Shown: positions 19,392 to 29,788, counted from the stretch's first letter. The stretch is DNA of 64,000 nucleotides from Candidatus Aenigmatarchaeota archaeon (GCA_043802485.1 JAZDKZ010000007.1:50457-114456), one strand, 5' to 3'. Made by a program: numbers and translations. Notes: generated from the letters alone by a model not told the origin.

Positions 19392-19531
19392 TGGGCGAGG
19401 GGAGATTCGAATTCGGTAGCTCTCATCCACAAGAGCTTCTCCCGACCTCCAGTTTCTACAGAACACAGCCAACAAAAAGGACTGACGTCCTCTTATAAGA
19501 CTGGCGCTCTGCCAGGCTAAGCTACCCGCCC
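19392..19531 (-). tRNA. tRNA-Ile(TAT) with two introns: 38/39 (19454-19492) and 53/54 (19412-19438)
   Basis: Acceptor GGGCGGG/CTCGCCC-A; stem CCAGT/ACTGG with loop CTTATAA; relaxed BHBs TTAT/GTAG and CGGG/ACCG. Confidence 0.82.
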
Positions 19532-19567
19532 GTTAAGGATTTATTTTGTCTTCAGCAATTTAAAAAT

Positions 19568-20461
19568 ATGTTTAATGTAAGGCAACAAGTCAAAATGTTC
19601 CTTGAAAAGAGCGACTATGTGATTTGTGAGTACAGGGGATGCTTTGACATAGCCGCGCAGAAAAACGTATTATTGTTGCTGAAAATTCTATTGAACGTGG
19701 ACTCGTTCCAGCAGGAGCAGGCCAGAAACCTGAAGATAATCTCGAACAATCTTGACGCGCATCCCATGCTGATAGGGGTTCAGACAACCAGGGAGAAGCT
19801 AAAGCATGGCATAGTGTACGAAAGGTATGACTTGCCGACATTATCATTAAAGACGTTCGAGGACTTGATATGCAGTTCAATCTATCCAAGAATATACAGG
19901 GACCGCGGAGGCCTGTATGTTGAGATAGATTCTGACGTGCTAAAGGACTCCAGAAAAAGGAAAGGTTTGACACAAAGAGAATTGGCAGAGGCTGTAGGCA
20001 TAAACAAAAAAGCGATATATGAGCACGAGAAGAAGCAGCTGAGGATGATGCTTGACATTGCCGAGAAGCTGGAAAGGATACTCGACAACAGGATTATAAC
20101 AAAGACCGAGGTCTTCAAGAAATATGAGGAACACGGCAAGCCTGAAGGCACCTTGGAGAAAATGGTTGGCAATAATCTGGAAAAACTGGGCTTCAAGACA
20201 GACTATGTCAAGCAGGCGCCGTTCGATGTCTTTGCCAGAGAAAGGGCGCTGGTCATATCCAACATCGAGATCAACAAAAGGAAGATGATAAAGAACGCCG
20301 CAGACCTCAGGGACTTTATCAAGGTGGTGAAAAAACCTGCTGTTATGATAACCGACAAGACTGAAGAAGAGGAGATACACGGAATCCCTGTTATCGACAA
20401 AGCAGAACTGGAAAGCATGGAAAAGAAAGACCTGATAAAGAAGGCGAAAAAAGCGATTTAA
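19568..20461 (+). CDS. Archaeal HTH transcriptional regulator (COG1395 family)
   Basis: 'CFDIAA...LLLKIL.NVDS', 'GGLYVEID', Cro-HTH 'GLTQRELAEAVGINKKAIYEHE', 'APFDV'. Confidence 0.87.
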   Translation: MFNVRQQVKMFLEKSDYVICEYRGCFDIAAQKNVLLLLKILLNVDSFQQEQARNLKIISNNLDAHPMLIGVQTTREKLKHGIVYERYDLPTLSLKTFEDLICSSIYPRIYRDRGGLYVEIDSDVLKDSRKRKGLTQRELAEAVGINKKAIYEHEKKQLRMMLDIAEKLERILDNRIITKTEVFKKYEEHGKPEGTLEKMVGNNLEKLGFKTDYVKQAPFDVFARERALVISNIEINKRKMIKNAADLRDFIKVVKKPAVMITDKTEEEEIHGIPVIDKAELESMEKKDLIKKAKKAI

Positions 20462-20491
20462 TAGTATAGAAGACCAATTATTATTGATTCT

Positions 20492-20719
20492 ATGGTAGTA
20501 GAATGGATAAAAAACCTTACAATAACCTTTGTGACCACTGTTCTCGTAATCGCGCTGAGCATAGTCTACTTTGGCTTGTTGTTATGGGTAGTGAAAATAG
20601 CAAGCGAGGCGTTTTTCGGACCAGGCTTGGATGCCAACTGGGCAGTTTTTGCAGCTGCAATAATGTCAGCAGCCACTGTCATAGCAGGCGCCTTGGAAAA
20701 GAAGCCTTCTAAGAAATAG
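20492..20719 (+). CDS. Small 2-TM membrane protein
   Basis: 75 aa, two hydrophobic helices, T-tract downstream. Confidence 0.7.
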   Translation: MVVEWIKNLTITFVTTVLVIALSIVYFGLLLWVVKIASEAFFGPGLDANWAVFAAAIMSAATVIAGALEKKPSKK

Positions 20720-20759
20720 GCTTTCCTTTTTTTTAATTTTATTAACTACATAATGGATA

Positions 20760-21590
20760 ATGATTATTATGGCTCTGTCTGAAATCCTAACACCAATAAA
20801 CATGTTGGAATCTGTGTTAGTGATAGTTTCAGCATACTTGATAGTCAAATTCTTTGAGAAAAACCTCATCAACCCCATGGCAAAAAGGGGAGAGAAGAGA
20901 AGCGTCGTAATACCGCTGAAGAGGGTAATATCGATAATAGTATACCTGATAGCGTTTGTCCTGATTCTGATAATTTTCAATATTGACGTCACTGCTGCTT
21001 TAACAGGTTTGGGTGTGGGGGCCATAATCTTAGGCTTCGGCCTGCAGGACATAGTCTCCAACTGGGTCTCTGGAATAATAATAACAGCAGAGAGGATATA
21101 CAAGATAGACGACGTCATCAAAATCGGCGACATCACAGGCACTGTCAGGGACATAAGCCTCAGGTCGACCAAATTGACCACCTATGACAAGAACGACGTG
21201 ATAATACCCAACTCCCAGATAATAAAGGAGAAGGTGGTGAACCTCACCGGAGGCAGCAGCGAGTCTGTTTCTTCCATAACGTTCATGATAGACTACACAT
21301 CTGACACGGACAAGGCAAAGAAGGTCATGGAAAAGGCCCTGAGAAAGGACGAAAACGTCGTTTTCGATGAGAAAAGAAAGAGGGAAATAAGGTTCATAGT
21401 GAGGAGCAAGGAGTGGACAACAGAAGTAGAGGCGCTTTTCTGGATAAACGTGCCAAGAAGCGAGGAGTTCATAAAATCAAGGCTGACGCAGGCAATCAAA
21501 AAGGAGTTCGAAAGGGAGAACATAATACCTACAATACCGGCTTTCTTGAGAAAGGGCTACATACACGCCAGGAAAAGGCCCAAAAGATAG
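20760..21590 (+). CDS. mscS: Small-conductance mechanosensitive channel
   Basis: 'GLGVGAIILGFGLQDIVSNWVSG', 'GTVRDISLRST', 'IIPNS'. Confidence 0.92.
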   Translation: MIIMALSEILTPINMLESVLVIVSAYLIVKFFEKNLINPMAKRGEKRSVVIPLKRVISIIVYLIAFVLILIIFNIDVTAALTGLGVGAIILGFGLQDIVSNWVSGIIITAERIYKIDDVIKIGDITGTVRDISLRSTKLTTYDKNDVIIPNSQIIKEKVVNLTGGSSESVSSITFMIDYTSDTDKAKKVMEKALRKDENVVFDEKRKREIRFIVRSKEWTTEVEALFWINVPRSEEFIKSRLTQAIKKEFERENIIPTIPAFLRKGYIHARKRPKR

Positions 21591-21639
21591 CATTAAAGGG
21601 GGTTATAGACGTACTAATTCTTAAGGTGTTTAATTGGGA

Positions 21640-21918
21640 ATGATAAAAGAATTCATGGATTTCGTGAAAAAACAAAACATCGTATCAGTTGCGCTGGGTT
21701 TAATAATCGGTTTTGCAGCCAAGACATTGATAGACGCTTTGGTAGCAGACATTATAAGTCCTTTATACACGCCGTATATGGGATTAGACGCTGAAGCGGC
21801 GGTAACAGTGGGCTTGTCAACGTTCAAGATAGGCCATTTCATAGAAGCATTGGTCAGTTTTCTAGTGATTATGTTGGTAGCATTCTTAGTCGCAAAGAGT
21901 ATGAAGAATAAGTTATAA
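21640..21918 (+). CDS. mscL: MscL family mechanosensitive channel
   Basis: 'IKEFMDFVKKQNIVSVALGLIIG...LVADIISP...IGHFIEALVSF'. Confidence 0.85.
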   Translation: MIKEFMDFVKKQNIVSVALGLIIGFAAKTLIDALVADIISPLYTPYMGLDAEAAVTVGLSTFKIGHFIEALVSFLVIMLVAFLVAKSMKNKL

Positions 21919-22004
21919 ACGCGCATACTCTTTTTTTCTTTATTTTAATTAGCTTTAAATAATTTAGAGATATACTTACATACACATATTTTTGTAATAA
22001 AAAC

Positions 22005-22010
22005 GAGGTG
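22005..22010 (+). promoter_or_regulatory. Strong Shine-Dalgarno (GAGGTG) of the thermosome gene
   Basis: GAGGTG 7 nt before ATG; same motif before the pilin (24301) and the micro-ORF (35558). Confidence 0.7.
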
Positions 22011-22017
22011 GTAAAAA

Positions 22018-23670
22018 ATGAGTAACGGACAAATGCAAATGGGAGGACAGCCTATTCTGGTTTTGCCTGAGGGCACATTTAGAACATTGGGCAAGGGAGC
22101 CCAATACACTAACATATCAGCGGCAAAGGCAGTGGCAGACGCTGTTAGGACAACCCTGGGTCCAAAAGGCATGGACAAGATGCTTGTGGACAACATGGGA
22201 GACATTGTAATAACGAACGATGGAGTCACAATTCTTGAGGAAATGCAGCTAGAGCATCCAGCAGCTAAGATGCTTGTGGAAGTCGCCAAGACGCAGAACG
22301 AAGAAGTGGGCGACGGAACGACTACAGCAGCTGTTTTAGCAGGCGAGTTGCTGAAAAGGGCAGAAGAACTCTTGGAACAGAACATACACCCGACTGTCAT
22401 AACAAAGGGTTACAAGCTGGCAAGGGAAAAGGCACTGGTAATTCTTGAAAAAATTTCAGAAAAGGTCACTACAGATGATATCGACGTTCTCAAAAAGATA
22501 GCAATAACATCAATGACAGGCAAGAGCTCTGAAAGGGCCTCAGATCAATTGGCAAAGCTGATAGTAGACGCAGTCAGAACTGTCATGGAAACAGTGGATA
22601 ATAAAATAGAGATAAACAAGGATAATATCAAGCTGGAAAAGAAGGGGGGTGGCTCATCCGAAGATACAGAACTGATCAGAGGCGTCATAATAGACAAAGA
22701 AGTCGTGCACCCAGGAATGCCAAAACGTGTCAAGTATGCAAAAATCGCTCTGATGGACGCGTCGCTTGAGATAGAGAAGACGGAGACAGACGCGCAGATA
22801 CAGATAACATCGCCCAACCAGCTGCAGGATTTTCTTGACCAGGAAGAGAATATACTAAAGAATATGGTAGAGAAGGTAGTATCGTCTGACTGCAACGTTT
22901 TGTTCTGCCAGAAAGGCATAGACGACGTTGCGCAGCACTTCCTTGCAAAAAAGGGCATACTGACAGCAAGAAGGGTGAAAAAGTCCGACATGGAAAAGCT
23001 TGCAAGAGCGACAGGCGCAAAGATAGTGTCAAACATCTCTGACCTTTCTGTCAACGACCTTGGCAACGCAGGCCTTGTGGAAGAGAGGAAGATTGCAGGC
23101 GAGCAGATGATTTTCGTCAGAGAGTGTAAGAATCCAAAGTCTGTTTCAATCCTGATAAGAGGCGGCACAGAACATGTCGTTGACGAGGTGGAAAGGGCAA
23201 TGGAGGACGCGCTCGGAGCTGTGGTTTCTGCTTTGGAAGTCGGCAAGGTTGTGGCAGGCGGAGGCGCTCCAGAAGAGGCAGTCGCAAAAGGCCTGAAAGA
23301 GTTTGCTCAGAGCTTCTCTGGAAGGGAGCAGTTGGCTATACTGGCCTTTGCAGACGCGATGGAGATAATACCAAGGACCCTGGCAGAGAACGCAGGCCTT
23401 GACCCGATAGACATTCTGGTCGAACTGAGGTCTGCCCATGAGAAAGGCAAGACCACGGCCGGAGTCAACGTGTACACCGGCAAGATTGTCGACATGAAGG
23501 AGCTCGGTGTCATCGAGCCTTTGAAGATAAAGACGCAGGCGATAAAGTCTGCGGCAGAAGCAGCTGAGATGATCCTTAGAATCGACGACATAATCTCTGC
23601 AGGCAAGCTTGACAAGGGCGGAATGCCGTCAATGCCTCCAGGCATGCCTGGAATGGGCGGAGGATACTAG
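22018..23670 (+). CDS. ths: Thermosome subunit (group II chaperonin)
   Basis: '[11 protein letters not shown]', 'TNDGVTIL', 'GDGTTT', GGM-rich tail. Confidence 0.97.
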   Translation: MSNGQMQMGGQPILVLPEGTFRTLGKGAQYTNISAAKAVADAVRTTLGPKGMDKMLVDNMGDIVITNDGVTILEEMQLEHPAAKMLVEVAKTQNEEVGDGTTTAAVLAGELLKRAEELLEQNIHPTVITKGYKLAREKALVILEKISEKVTTDDIDVLKKIAITSMTGKSSERASDQLAKLIVDAVRTVMETVDNKIEINKDNIKLEKKGGGSSEDTELIRGVIIDKEVVHPGMPKRVKYAKIALMDASLEIEKTETDAQIQITSPNQLQDFLDQEENILKNMVEKVVSSDCNVLFCQKGIDDVAQHFLAKKGILTARRVKKSDMEKLARATGAKIVSNISDLSVNDLGNAGLVEERKIAGEQMIFVRECKNPKSVSILIRGGTEHVVDEVERAMEDALGAVVSALEVGKVVAGGGAPEEAVAKGLKEFAQSFSGREQLAILAFADAMEIIPRTLAENAGLDPIDILVELRSAHEKGKTTAGVNVYTGKIVDMKELGVIEPLKIKTQAIKSAAEAAEMILRIDDIISAGKLDKGGMPSMPPGMPGMGGGY

Positions 23671-23732
23671 TCCCCCGTTTCTTTTCATTTTTTTCTTAAA
23701 CATTTATATATCGGTTCATTAAAACTATCTTT

Positions 23733-24227
23733 ATGCCAGACGAACGTTCTGACGAATCTTACGAAATCATACCAGTCACTCCATTGAAGAGGATGGAGAA
23801 GAGATTGGATGCGATTGAGAGTTCTAGCGCTGTTCCGCAGCTGCAATCGCTGATTAACCAGATAATAGAGCTCATAAGGAGCAACCAGAAGATTGTTAAC
23901 GATGTTATTCAAGCAAACGTCGAATTAAGGAACGCACTTTCCAAGATGCCTTCAAAGATTGACGAGATGACAAGCACGATGAAAAGCTTCATCTCTTTGA
24001 TAGAGACTGCTGGCAAGGAAGAGATGTCGACTCCAGGCCCTGAGCTGATGAGGCCTGTGACAGATGAACTAAAGAAGATGGTTGACCAGAACCAGAAGAT
24101 ACTTGAGACCAACCAGTCCATGATAGACAAGCTAGATATTCTGGGCAGAAAGGCGAGGAGAGGAACGCCTGTCTCAGAGTTGCTGTCGTCCTACCCGAGC
24201 GTCAGGATGAAAAGGGACAGACAATGA
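23733..24227 (+). CDS. Coiled-coil hypothetical protein
   Basis: 164 aa heptad-rich ORF with typical codon usage. Confidence 0.7.
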   Translation: MPDERSDESYEIIPVTPLKRMEKRLDAIESSSAVPQLQSLINQIIELIRSNQKIVNDVIQANVELRNALSKMPSKIDEMTSTMKSFISLIETAGKEEMSTPGPELMRPVTDELKKMVDQNQKILETNQSMIDKLDILGRKARRGTPVSELLSSYPSVRMKRDRQ

Positions 24228-24311
24228 CAGTCTAATGATAACAGAAGAATTATATACTGGAAATACCAAACACATTTATATAAGGAAGTCGAAGAATAAA
24301 GAGGTGAAAAA

Positions 24312-24719
24312 ATGAAGGGAGTAAGCGCAGTAATTGCAGTTATTTTGATTTTAATGATAGTTGTTGCTATGGCTGCATTGGCTTATACCTGGTTCACATC
24401 AATGACTACAGACCTCATGACAAGCACGGGCCAGAGCATAAATAAAACAACAACACAGATGGCAAAGGGCTTTTCCATATCATCTGCTGGCTGCAACGCC
24501 GGTGCTCTGCAGTTTGCCATAGTAAACACTGGTACAGGTGTGTTGCAGGCTGATCAGGTCGAAGCGTCTTTGGACGGCTTGGATGCTAGCACAAGCAACC
24601 CAGGCGGAACAATACCAGAAGGTGGTTCCCAGGTTTACACGGGCGGTTCTTGTGTCGGCGGTGAGACTCTGAGAGTAGTCATAGAATCTGGTTTAGCAAT
24701 GACAAAAACTGTAGAGTAA
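24312..24719 (+). CDS. Archaeal type IV pilin (probable major pilin)
   Basis: Class III signal 'MKG|VSAVIAVILILMIVVA'; strong SD; T-rich terminator after. Confidence 0.88.
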   Translation: MKGVSAVIAVILILMIVVAMAALAYTWFTSMTTDLMTSTGQSINKTTTQMAKGFSISSAGCNAGALQFAIVNTGTGVLQADQVEASLDGLDASTSNPGGTIPEGGSQVYTGGSCVGGETLRVVIESGLAMTKTVE

Positions 24720-24817
24720 ATGACCTAGCAACAAGAGACTAGACTTTTTTTATTATTTTTATAATTTTATTTCTTTTTTATTCAATCTATATATTCTGGG
24801 GAATGAATTTATCTATA

Positions 24818-25318
24818 ATGAAGGGCCAGGCAGAGGTAATAGTCTTCATTCTTCTGTTTCTAATAGGCATAAGCCTTTTCGCGTCAGCTACAATATGGGG
24901 CAGGAAGATTTTCGAGGATAACATGGACTTCACAAAGCTGGAGGCCGCTGAAAAGATTATGATTGACATTGACAATGGAGTGTCCAACGTAATAAAGTTC
25001 GGAGGCATTAAGGAAATAGCGTATCCTCTAGACGGGACCGTAGAGATAGTAGACACTAAAACCATAGAAATCAGGACGCCACTGAAAATAGAAATACAGG
25101 AAGAATGGATAAACATCTCTGAAGGGAATTCCTATATCAGGGAAAAGAAGGACGGCGACGACCTTGTTCTACAACTAATCTATCCTGACGGCGACTACAT
25201 AGTAGAATTCTTCACTGACGGTTCAAGCCTTGACAGTCCCAACTACATAAAGCTGGAAAAGAACGAGACGTTCACCAATCCGACGTCTAGGATTAAAATA
25301 AAAATAACCTTTATGTAA
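24818..25318 (+). CDS. Pilin-like protein (class III signal)
   Basis: 'MKG|QAEVIVFILLFLIG'. Confidence 0.75.
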   Translation: MKGQAEVIVFILLFLIGISLFASATIWGRKIFEDNMDFTKLEAAEKIMIDIDNGVSNVIKFGGIKEIAYPLDGTVEIVDTKTIEIRTPLKIEIQEEWINISEGNSYIREKKDGDDLVLQLIYPDGDYIVEFFTDGSSLDSPNYIKLEKNETFTNPTSRIKIKITFM

Positions 25319-25327
25319 TTATCTCTT

Positions 25328-25750
25328 ATGAAAGGTCAGTATCTGACGCTAGAGTACGTCATATTCTTCGTTATCGGCTTAATACTAATCGTCTCAGTCT
25401 ATCACATATTCTCTGACCTTAATCTAGAATACGAGAAGCATACCACAGAGTACCAGCTCAGAATGACAGGCCATATGATAATGGGGACGGTAATAAGGGT
25501 GTTTGAGACATCGGAGCACACCAACACCAAGATAAGCTACGACCTGAAGATACCTGAAAGGCTTTCAAACTGCATATATTCCGTGACCCTTGCCGGCGGT
25601 CGTCTGAGACTTGACTGCGTAGAAGGCATAGACCTCGGGGTTGATTTAACATCGTACAACTTTAATATTGAAATAAAAAATAATATAATATACAGCAGCA
25701 ATGGCTTGATTCATGTAGCTGCTGAAAACGGAGAGATTGATTTAGAATGA
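25328..25750 (+). CDS. Pilin-like protein (class III signal)
   Basis: 'MKG|QYLTLEYVIFFVIG'. Confidence 0.75.
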   Translation: MKGQYLTLEYVIFFVIGLILIVSVYHIFSDLNLEYEKHTTEYQLRMTGHMIMGTVIRVFETSEHTNTKISYDLKIPERLSNCIYSVTLAGGRLRLDCVEGIDLGVDLTSYNFNIEIKNNIIYSSNGLIHVAAENGEIDLE

Positions 25751-27498
25751 GTGTCAAACTTAGAAGGCCTGTGAAGAGAGTAAACCTTTACAAAGTCTTC
25801 ACAAAAGCTGTCATCGGCTACAAGGAATTGGAAAGTCAGAGAAGAAATGAAAGGTCTGGAATTCCCCAAGGTTACATTCCCTACCCATTTCCGGCACCGA
25901 GCCTCAAAGTAGAGAAAATGGAAGTGGAAAAGCTTGAAGAAAAGGAAAAGAAATCCTCTATACTAGAAATGGGGTCCACTATAAGGATGAGGGAACCTGA
26001 AATGGACCTAAAGTCTATAAACATCGTTTACACTCTGATACCTTCAAACGACAAGACGCCGTTCGCAAGCGCCAACATAAAGTGGAGCAGAAGGGAATCA
26101 GGCCTTGTATATTATCTCATCGAGCCTGTTCTTTCCGACGAAGAGAAGAAGCTGCTAAACAACATAAAACTGGCATTGGTAGAGAAGCTTGACGTGGACT
26201 TTAAGACCCTGAGAAAGGATGATGCAAAGTCCTTCCTGGCGAAAAAGTTTGAGGACACGATAAACCTTATGGCAGCTGAGCTGCCATATCAAAAGAGACA
26301 GGCTCTTTTCTATTATGTGCAGAGGGATTTTGTCGGGATGGACAAGATAGAGCCGATGATGCAGGACCCGAACATAGAGGACATATCATGCGACGGTGTC
26401 GGCATACCTATTTACATATTCCACAGGAACCCGCTGATAGGAAGCATAAGGACGAACGTGGTCTTTGAGGACTGGGATGAACTGGACACGTTCGTGAGCA
26501 AGATGGCGCAAAGATGCGGCAAAAACATTTCGATCGCAACCCCCATGATAGGAGGCAGCCTGCCAGACGGTTCTAGAGTTCAAGCCACGCTTGGAACAGA
26601 CATAGCAAGAAGGGGAAGCAACTTTACGATAAGGAAGTTCACAAAGAAGCCCCTGACACCAGTCAACCTGATAAATTTCAAGTCAATGGACCCCAAAATC
26701 GCGGCCTACCTCTGGTTGGCGATAGAATATGGAAGGTCTGTTCTTGTAAGCGGCGGAGTGGCAACAGGAAAGACAACCATACTCAACGCCATGTCCTTGT
26801 TCATAAAACCTGAATTGAAGATAGTGTCGATAGAAGACACTGCGGAACTTGTACTGCCGCACCCTCACTGGGTGCCTGGCGTTGCAAGAACAGCGATAAC
26901 AGAGGTTGCAGGCAAGAAAATCGGAGAAGTGGACCTGTTCGACCTGCTGCGAGAGTCGATGAGGCAGAGACCAGACTACCTCATAGTAGGAGAAGTCAGA
27001 GGAAGGGAAGCATACGTATTGTTCCAGCAGATAGCAACAGGCCACCCAAGCATGTCCACCATACACGCGGACTCCATGGAAAGGCTGGTAGACAGGCTGA
27101 CAACGCCGCCAATCAACCTTCCGGCTTCTCTGATAGAAACATTGGACATAGTAGTGTTCATTGTTAAGATGAAATACGGCCAGACCTATGTAAGAAGGAT
27201 AAAGAGCATATACGAGGTTCTAGGCTTTGACAGGGAGAAGAACGTACCCTTAGTAAACGAGGTCTATAGTTGGGACCCTCTCAGCGACACGTACAAAAAA
27301 GTCAACAAATCAAACGTGATAGAGAAAATAAGCCTGCAGTTCGGCATAGCAAAGAGCTCCCTTGATATGGAGATAGCGAACAGGACCAAGATAATGCAGT
27401 GGATGGTCGAGAACAAGGTGGATGACTACATAGATGTGGCAAAGATAATCAAGCTCTACTACACGAGAAAGCAGGACCTACTAGACGAGATCGGATGA
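25747..27498 (+). CDS. Type IV pilus assembly ATPase (PilB/ArlI-like)
   Basis: 'DPNIEDISCDG', Walker A 'GGVATGKT', 'SIEDTAE', 'RQRPDYLIVGEVRG', 'TGH...TIHA'. Confidence 0.93.
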   Translation: MSVKLRRPVKRVNLYKVFTKAVIGYKELESQRRNERSGIPQGYIPYPFPAPSLKVEKMEVEKLEEKEKKSSILEMGSTIRMREPEMDLKSINIVYTLIPSNDKTPFASANIKWSRRESGLVYYLIEPVLSDEEKKLLNNIKLALVEKLDVDFKTLRKDDAKSFLAKKFEDTINLMAAELPYQKRQALFYYVQRDFVGMDKIEPMMQDPNIEDISCDGVGIPIYIFHRNPLIGSIRTNVVFEDWDELDTFVSKMAQRCGKNISIATPMIGGSLPDGSRVQATLGTDIARRGSNFTIRKFTKKPLTPVNLINFKSMDPKIAAYLWLAIEYGRSVLVSGGVATGKTTILNAMSLFIKPELKIVSIEDTAELVLPHPHWVPGVARTAITEVAGKKIGEVDLFDLLRESMRQRPDYLIVGEVRGREAYVLFQQIATGHPSMSTIHADSMERLVDRLTTPPINLPASLIETLDIVVFIVKMKYGQTYVRRIKSIYEVLGFDREKNVPLVNEVYSWDPLSDTYKKVNKSNVIEKISLQFGIAKSSLDMEIANRTKIMQWMVENKVDDYIDVAKIIKLYYTRKQDLLDEIG

Positions 27499-27502
27499 TA
27501 AG

Positions 27503-28375
27503 ATGGACCTATGGCAGACACTCAAGCAGCTATCCTTCAAGTTCTTTGGAAGAAGTCTAGAACCCTTTATCAATTATTTTGACAGCATAAAGCCTGACCT
27601 GATAAGAGCAAACATCGGCCTGAGCCTCCAGGAATACGTATACATAATGTTCTTTGTGATACTTGCCACATTCATTGTGGAGTTCCCGTTCATAGTCATA
27701 ATAACATCGCTTCTGCTCCGTGACGCAATAAATGCTTTCCTGCTATCATTCACACTTACTGTGGTCATACTGATAGTCCAGTTCTTTATTTTCTATACTT
27801 ATCCCAGCATGGTTGCTGGAAGGAGAAAAAAGAACATAGACTCGTCTCTGTCTTTTGCGACAACGTACATGGCGACTGTGGCCGCGTCAGGTGCCCCTCC
27901 CATCACAATGTTCAAGGTGATGGCAGAATTCAAGGACTATGGCGAGATATCACAGGAAATGGGCAAGATATACAGGGATGTTGAAGCTTTCGGGATGGAG
28001 CTTGTAGAGGCAATAAGGAAAACGGCAAGCAGGACGCCTTCTGAGGAGCTGAAAGAATTGTTGTGGGGCCTGGAGACAACACTGTCAAGCGGAGGGAACG
28101 TCGGAGACTTTCTGCACGAGAAATCAAGACTCTTCATAGCAGAGTACAGAAGAAGGCTGGAAAAGTATTCAAATACACTGTCGATGCTAATAGAAGTTTA
28201 TCTTACTGTTGTGCTCATCGGTTCCATTTTTTTCATAATCATGACAGCGCTCATGTCAATCATAGGAGGAAGTTCGGGCACGTTCATGATGTTTTTGCAG
28301 TTCGCAGTAATTTTCCTAGTGCTGCCATTCGTTTCAATAGGGTTCATTTTATTGGTTAAGACGATATCGCCTTAA
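27503..28375 (+). CDS. Type II/IV secretion F-domain platform protein (TadC/PilC-like)
   Basis: TM pairs; 'YGEISQE...AIRKTASRTPS'. Confidence 0.88.
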   Translation: MDLWQTLKQLSFKFFGRSLEPFINYFDSIKPDLIRANIGLSLQEYVYIMFFVILATFIVEFPFIVIITSLLLRDAINAFLLSFTLTVVILIVQFFIFYTYPSMVAGRRKKNIDSSLSFATTYMATVAASGAPPITMFKVMAEFKDYGEISQEMGKIYRDVEAFGMELVEAIRKTASRTPSEELKELLWGLETTLSSGGNVGDFLHEKSRLFIAEYRRRLEKYSNTLSMLIEVYLTVVLIGSIFFIIMTALMSIIGGSSGTFMMFLQFAVIFLVLPFVSIGFILLVKTISP

Positions 28376-28377
28376 GC

Positions 28378-29364
28378 GTGAGAAAGATGAAAAAGAAAAG
28401 CGACAAAAAGTTCGATGTCAAGGAAATCGTGTCAAACATAAAGCCGACGCAGATACCGTTCATAGTGGCCGGCTTTATCATACTTCTAGGGCTGGCTTTC
28501 TACCAGAACGTCGGTGTGATGTGGAACCTGATTGTGCTGGGCATAATAATCGCAGTGGCGCCCTACGCTCTCATAACCTATTTCGAGTATGCAAAGATCA
28601 AAGCGATAGAAGACCAGCTGCCAATATTCCTGCTAGACCTAGCCGAATCGCAAAAGGTCGGCCTAACTCTGCACGAGTCCCTGAAGCAGGCATCCAAAGT
28701 GGACTATGGCAAGCTGTCGCCCGAGATAAAGAAGGTCTACCACCAGCTTTCGTGGGGCATAAGGGTGCAGGACGTGTTCGAAAACTTTTCAAAGAGGATG
28801 AAAAAATCAAAGCTGATATCAAGAGTAGTGAGCATAATCAACGAGACGTATATTTCTGGGGGCGACATCGGAAGGACAATGGAATCCACTGCCTCTGACA
28901 TAACAGCCATAAACGAGGCTGAGAAGGAAAGAAGGTCGGTGACATCACAGCACACTTTCATCATGTACGCGATATACTTCATCTTCATAGGGATAGTCGT
29001 GGGCCTATCCCAAACGCTAATACCTCTCCTCAGCATCGGAGCTGAAGGGCAGGCGGCAGGAGGCATTGGAGGCATATTCTCTTTCGAGGACCCATGCATA
29101 CAGTGCGAGGGCTCCAACGATATACTCTGCATAAACTGCCCTATCTTCTCTGTAGTATGCCAGATGCTGGACCTTGAGTCTGGAGGAACTTGCTACTACA
29201 ATGCCCTGTTCGTTCTGATGGCAGTGGTCCAGGGCATATTCTCGGGCCTGGTCGCAGGACAGATAGGGGAAGGCTCTGTATCAGCCGGCTTGAAGCACAG
29301 CCTGATAATGACAATATGCGGCTTCAGTGCTTTGGTGATACTGCTGAAATTCGGGTTTATGTGA
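28378..29364 (+). CDS. Second TadC/PilC-like platform protein with Cys-rich loop
   Basis: 'LPIFLLDLAE...DYGKLSPEI', 'QGIFSGLVAGQIGEG...GLKHS'. Confidence 0.88.
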   Translation: MRKMKKKSDKKFDVKEIVSNIKPTQIPFIVAGFIILLGLAFYQNVGVMWNLIVLGIIIAVAPYALITYFEYAKIKAIEDQLPIFLLDLAESQKVGLTLHESLKQASKVDYGKLSPEIKKVYHQLSWGIRVQDVFENFSKRMKKSKLISRVVSIINETYISGGDIGRTMESTASDITAINEAEKERRSVTSQHTFIMYAIYFIFIGIVVGLSQTLIPLLSIGAEGQAAGGIGGIFSFEDPCIQCEGSNDILCINCPIFSVVCQMLDLESGGTCYYNALFVLMAVVQGIFSGLVAGQIGEGSVSAGLKHSLIMTICGFSALVILLKFGFM

Positions 29365-29368
29365 TGTT

Positions 29369-29788
29369 ATGAAAGGCCAAATGAGAATCGAGTTCATTGC
29401 AGGGATATTGATATTCGTCATAATAATAGTCTTCATTGTCAACCAGACCAACATAACTTTCTCAAACCTCCTGACCGATTCTAGGGCAGACATACTGAAA
29501 GCAAAGGCTTTGAACTCGATAACAATACTCACGGAGGACGTAGGAAACGATAGGATCGGTCTGGCAACAGCGCCGCTGGAACTTTCGATGGTAAAGATAA
29601 ACAATCTTGATGCAAACTGCCAACTGCTGGAAGACTTTGAACTGGGATCATACAGGCTAAAGATTTACAATTCCACAAGCATGATACTTTTCTGTGGCTA
29701 CGAAATGTCATCGCCGCCAAGGTCGATAGAAACCAGGTACGTAAAAATAGGGAACGATTATGGAAACGTAACATTGGAGTTGTGGTAA
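29369..29788 (+). CDS. Pilin-like protein
   Basis: 'MKG|QMRIEFIAGILIF'. Confidence 0.75.
   Translation: MKGQMRIEFIAGILIFVIIIVFIVNQTNITFSNLLTDSRADILKAKALNSITILTEDVGNDRIGLATAPLELSMVKINNLDANCQLLEDFELGSYRLKIYNSTSMILFCGYEMSSPPRSIETRYVKIGNDYGNVTLELW

Noticed and set aside
19454-19497. Alternative splice of the tRNA-Ile gene at 33/34 (CAGT/GCTG helix) giving a different anticodon
   Set aside because: It leaves an oversized loop with no second valid BHB; the 38/39 fold explains the whole intron.
22545-23246. Long antisense ORFs (also 57539-58261, 16363-17064 and others)
   Set aside because: Shadow frames of well-supported genes.
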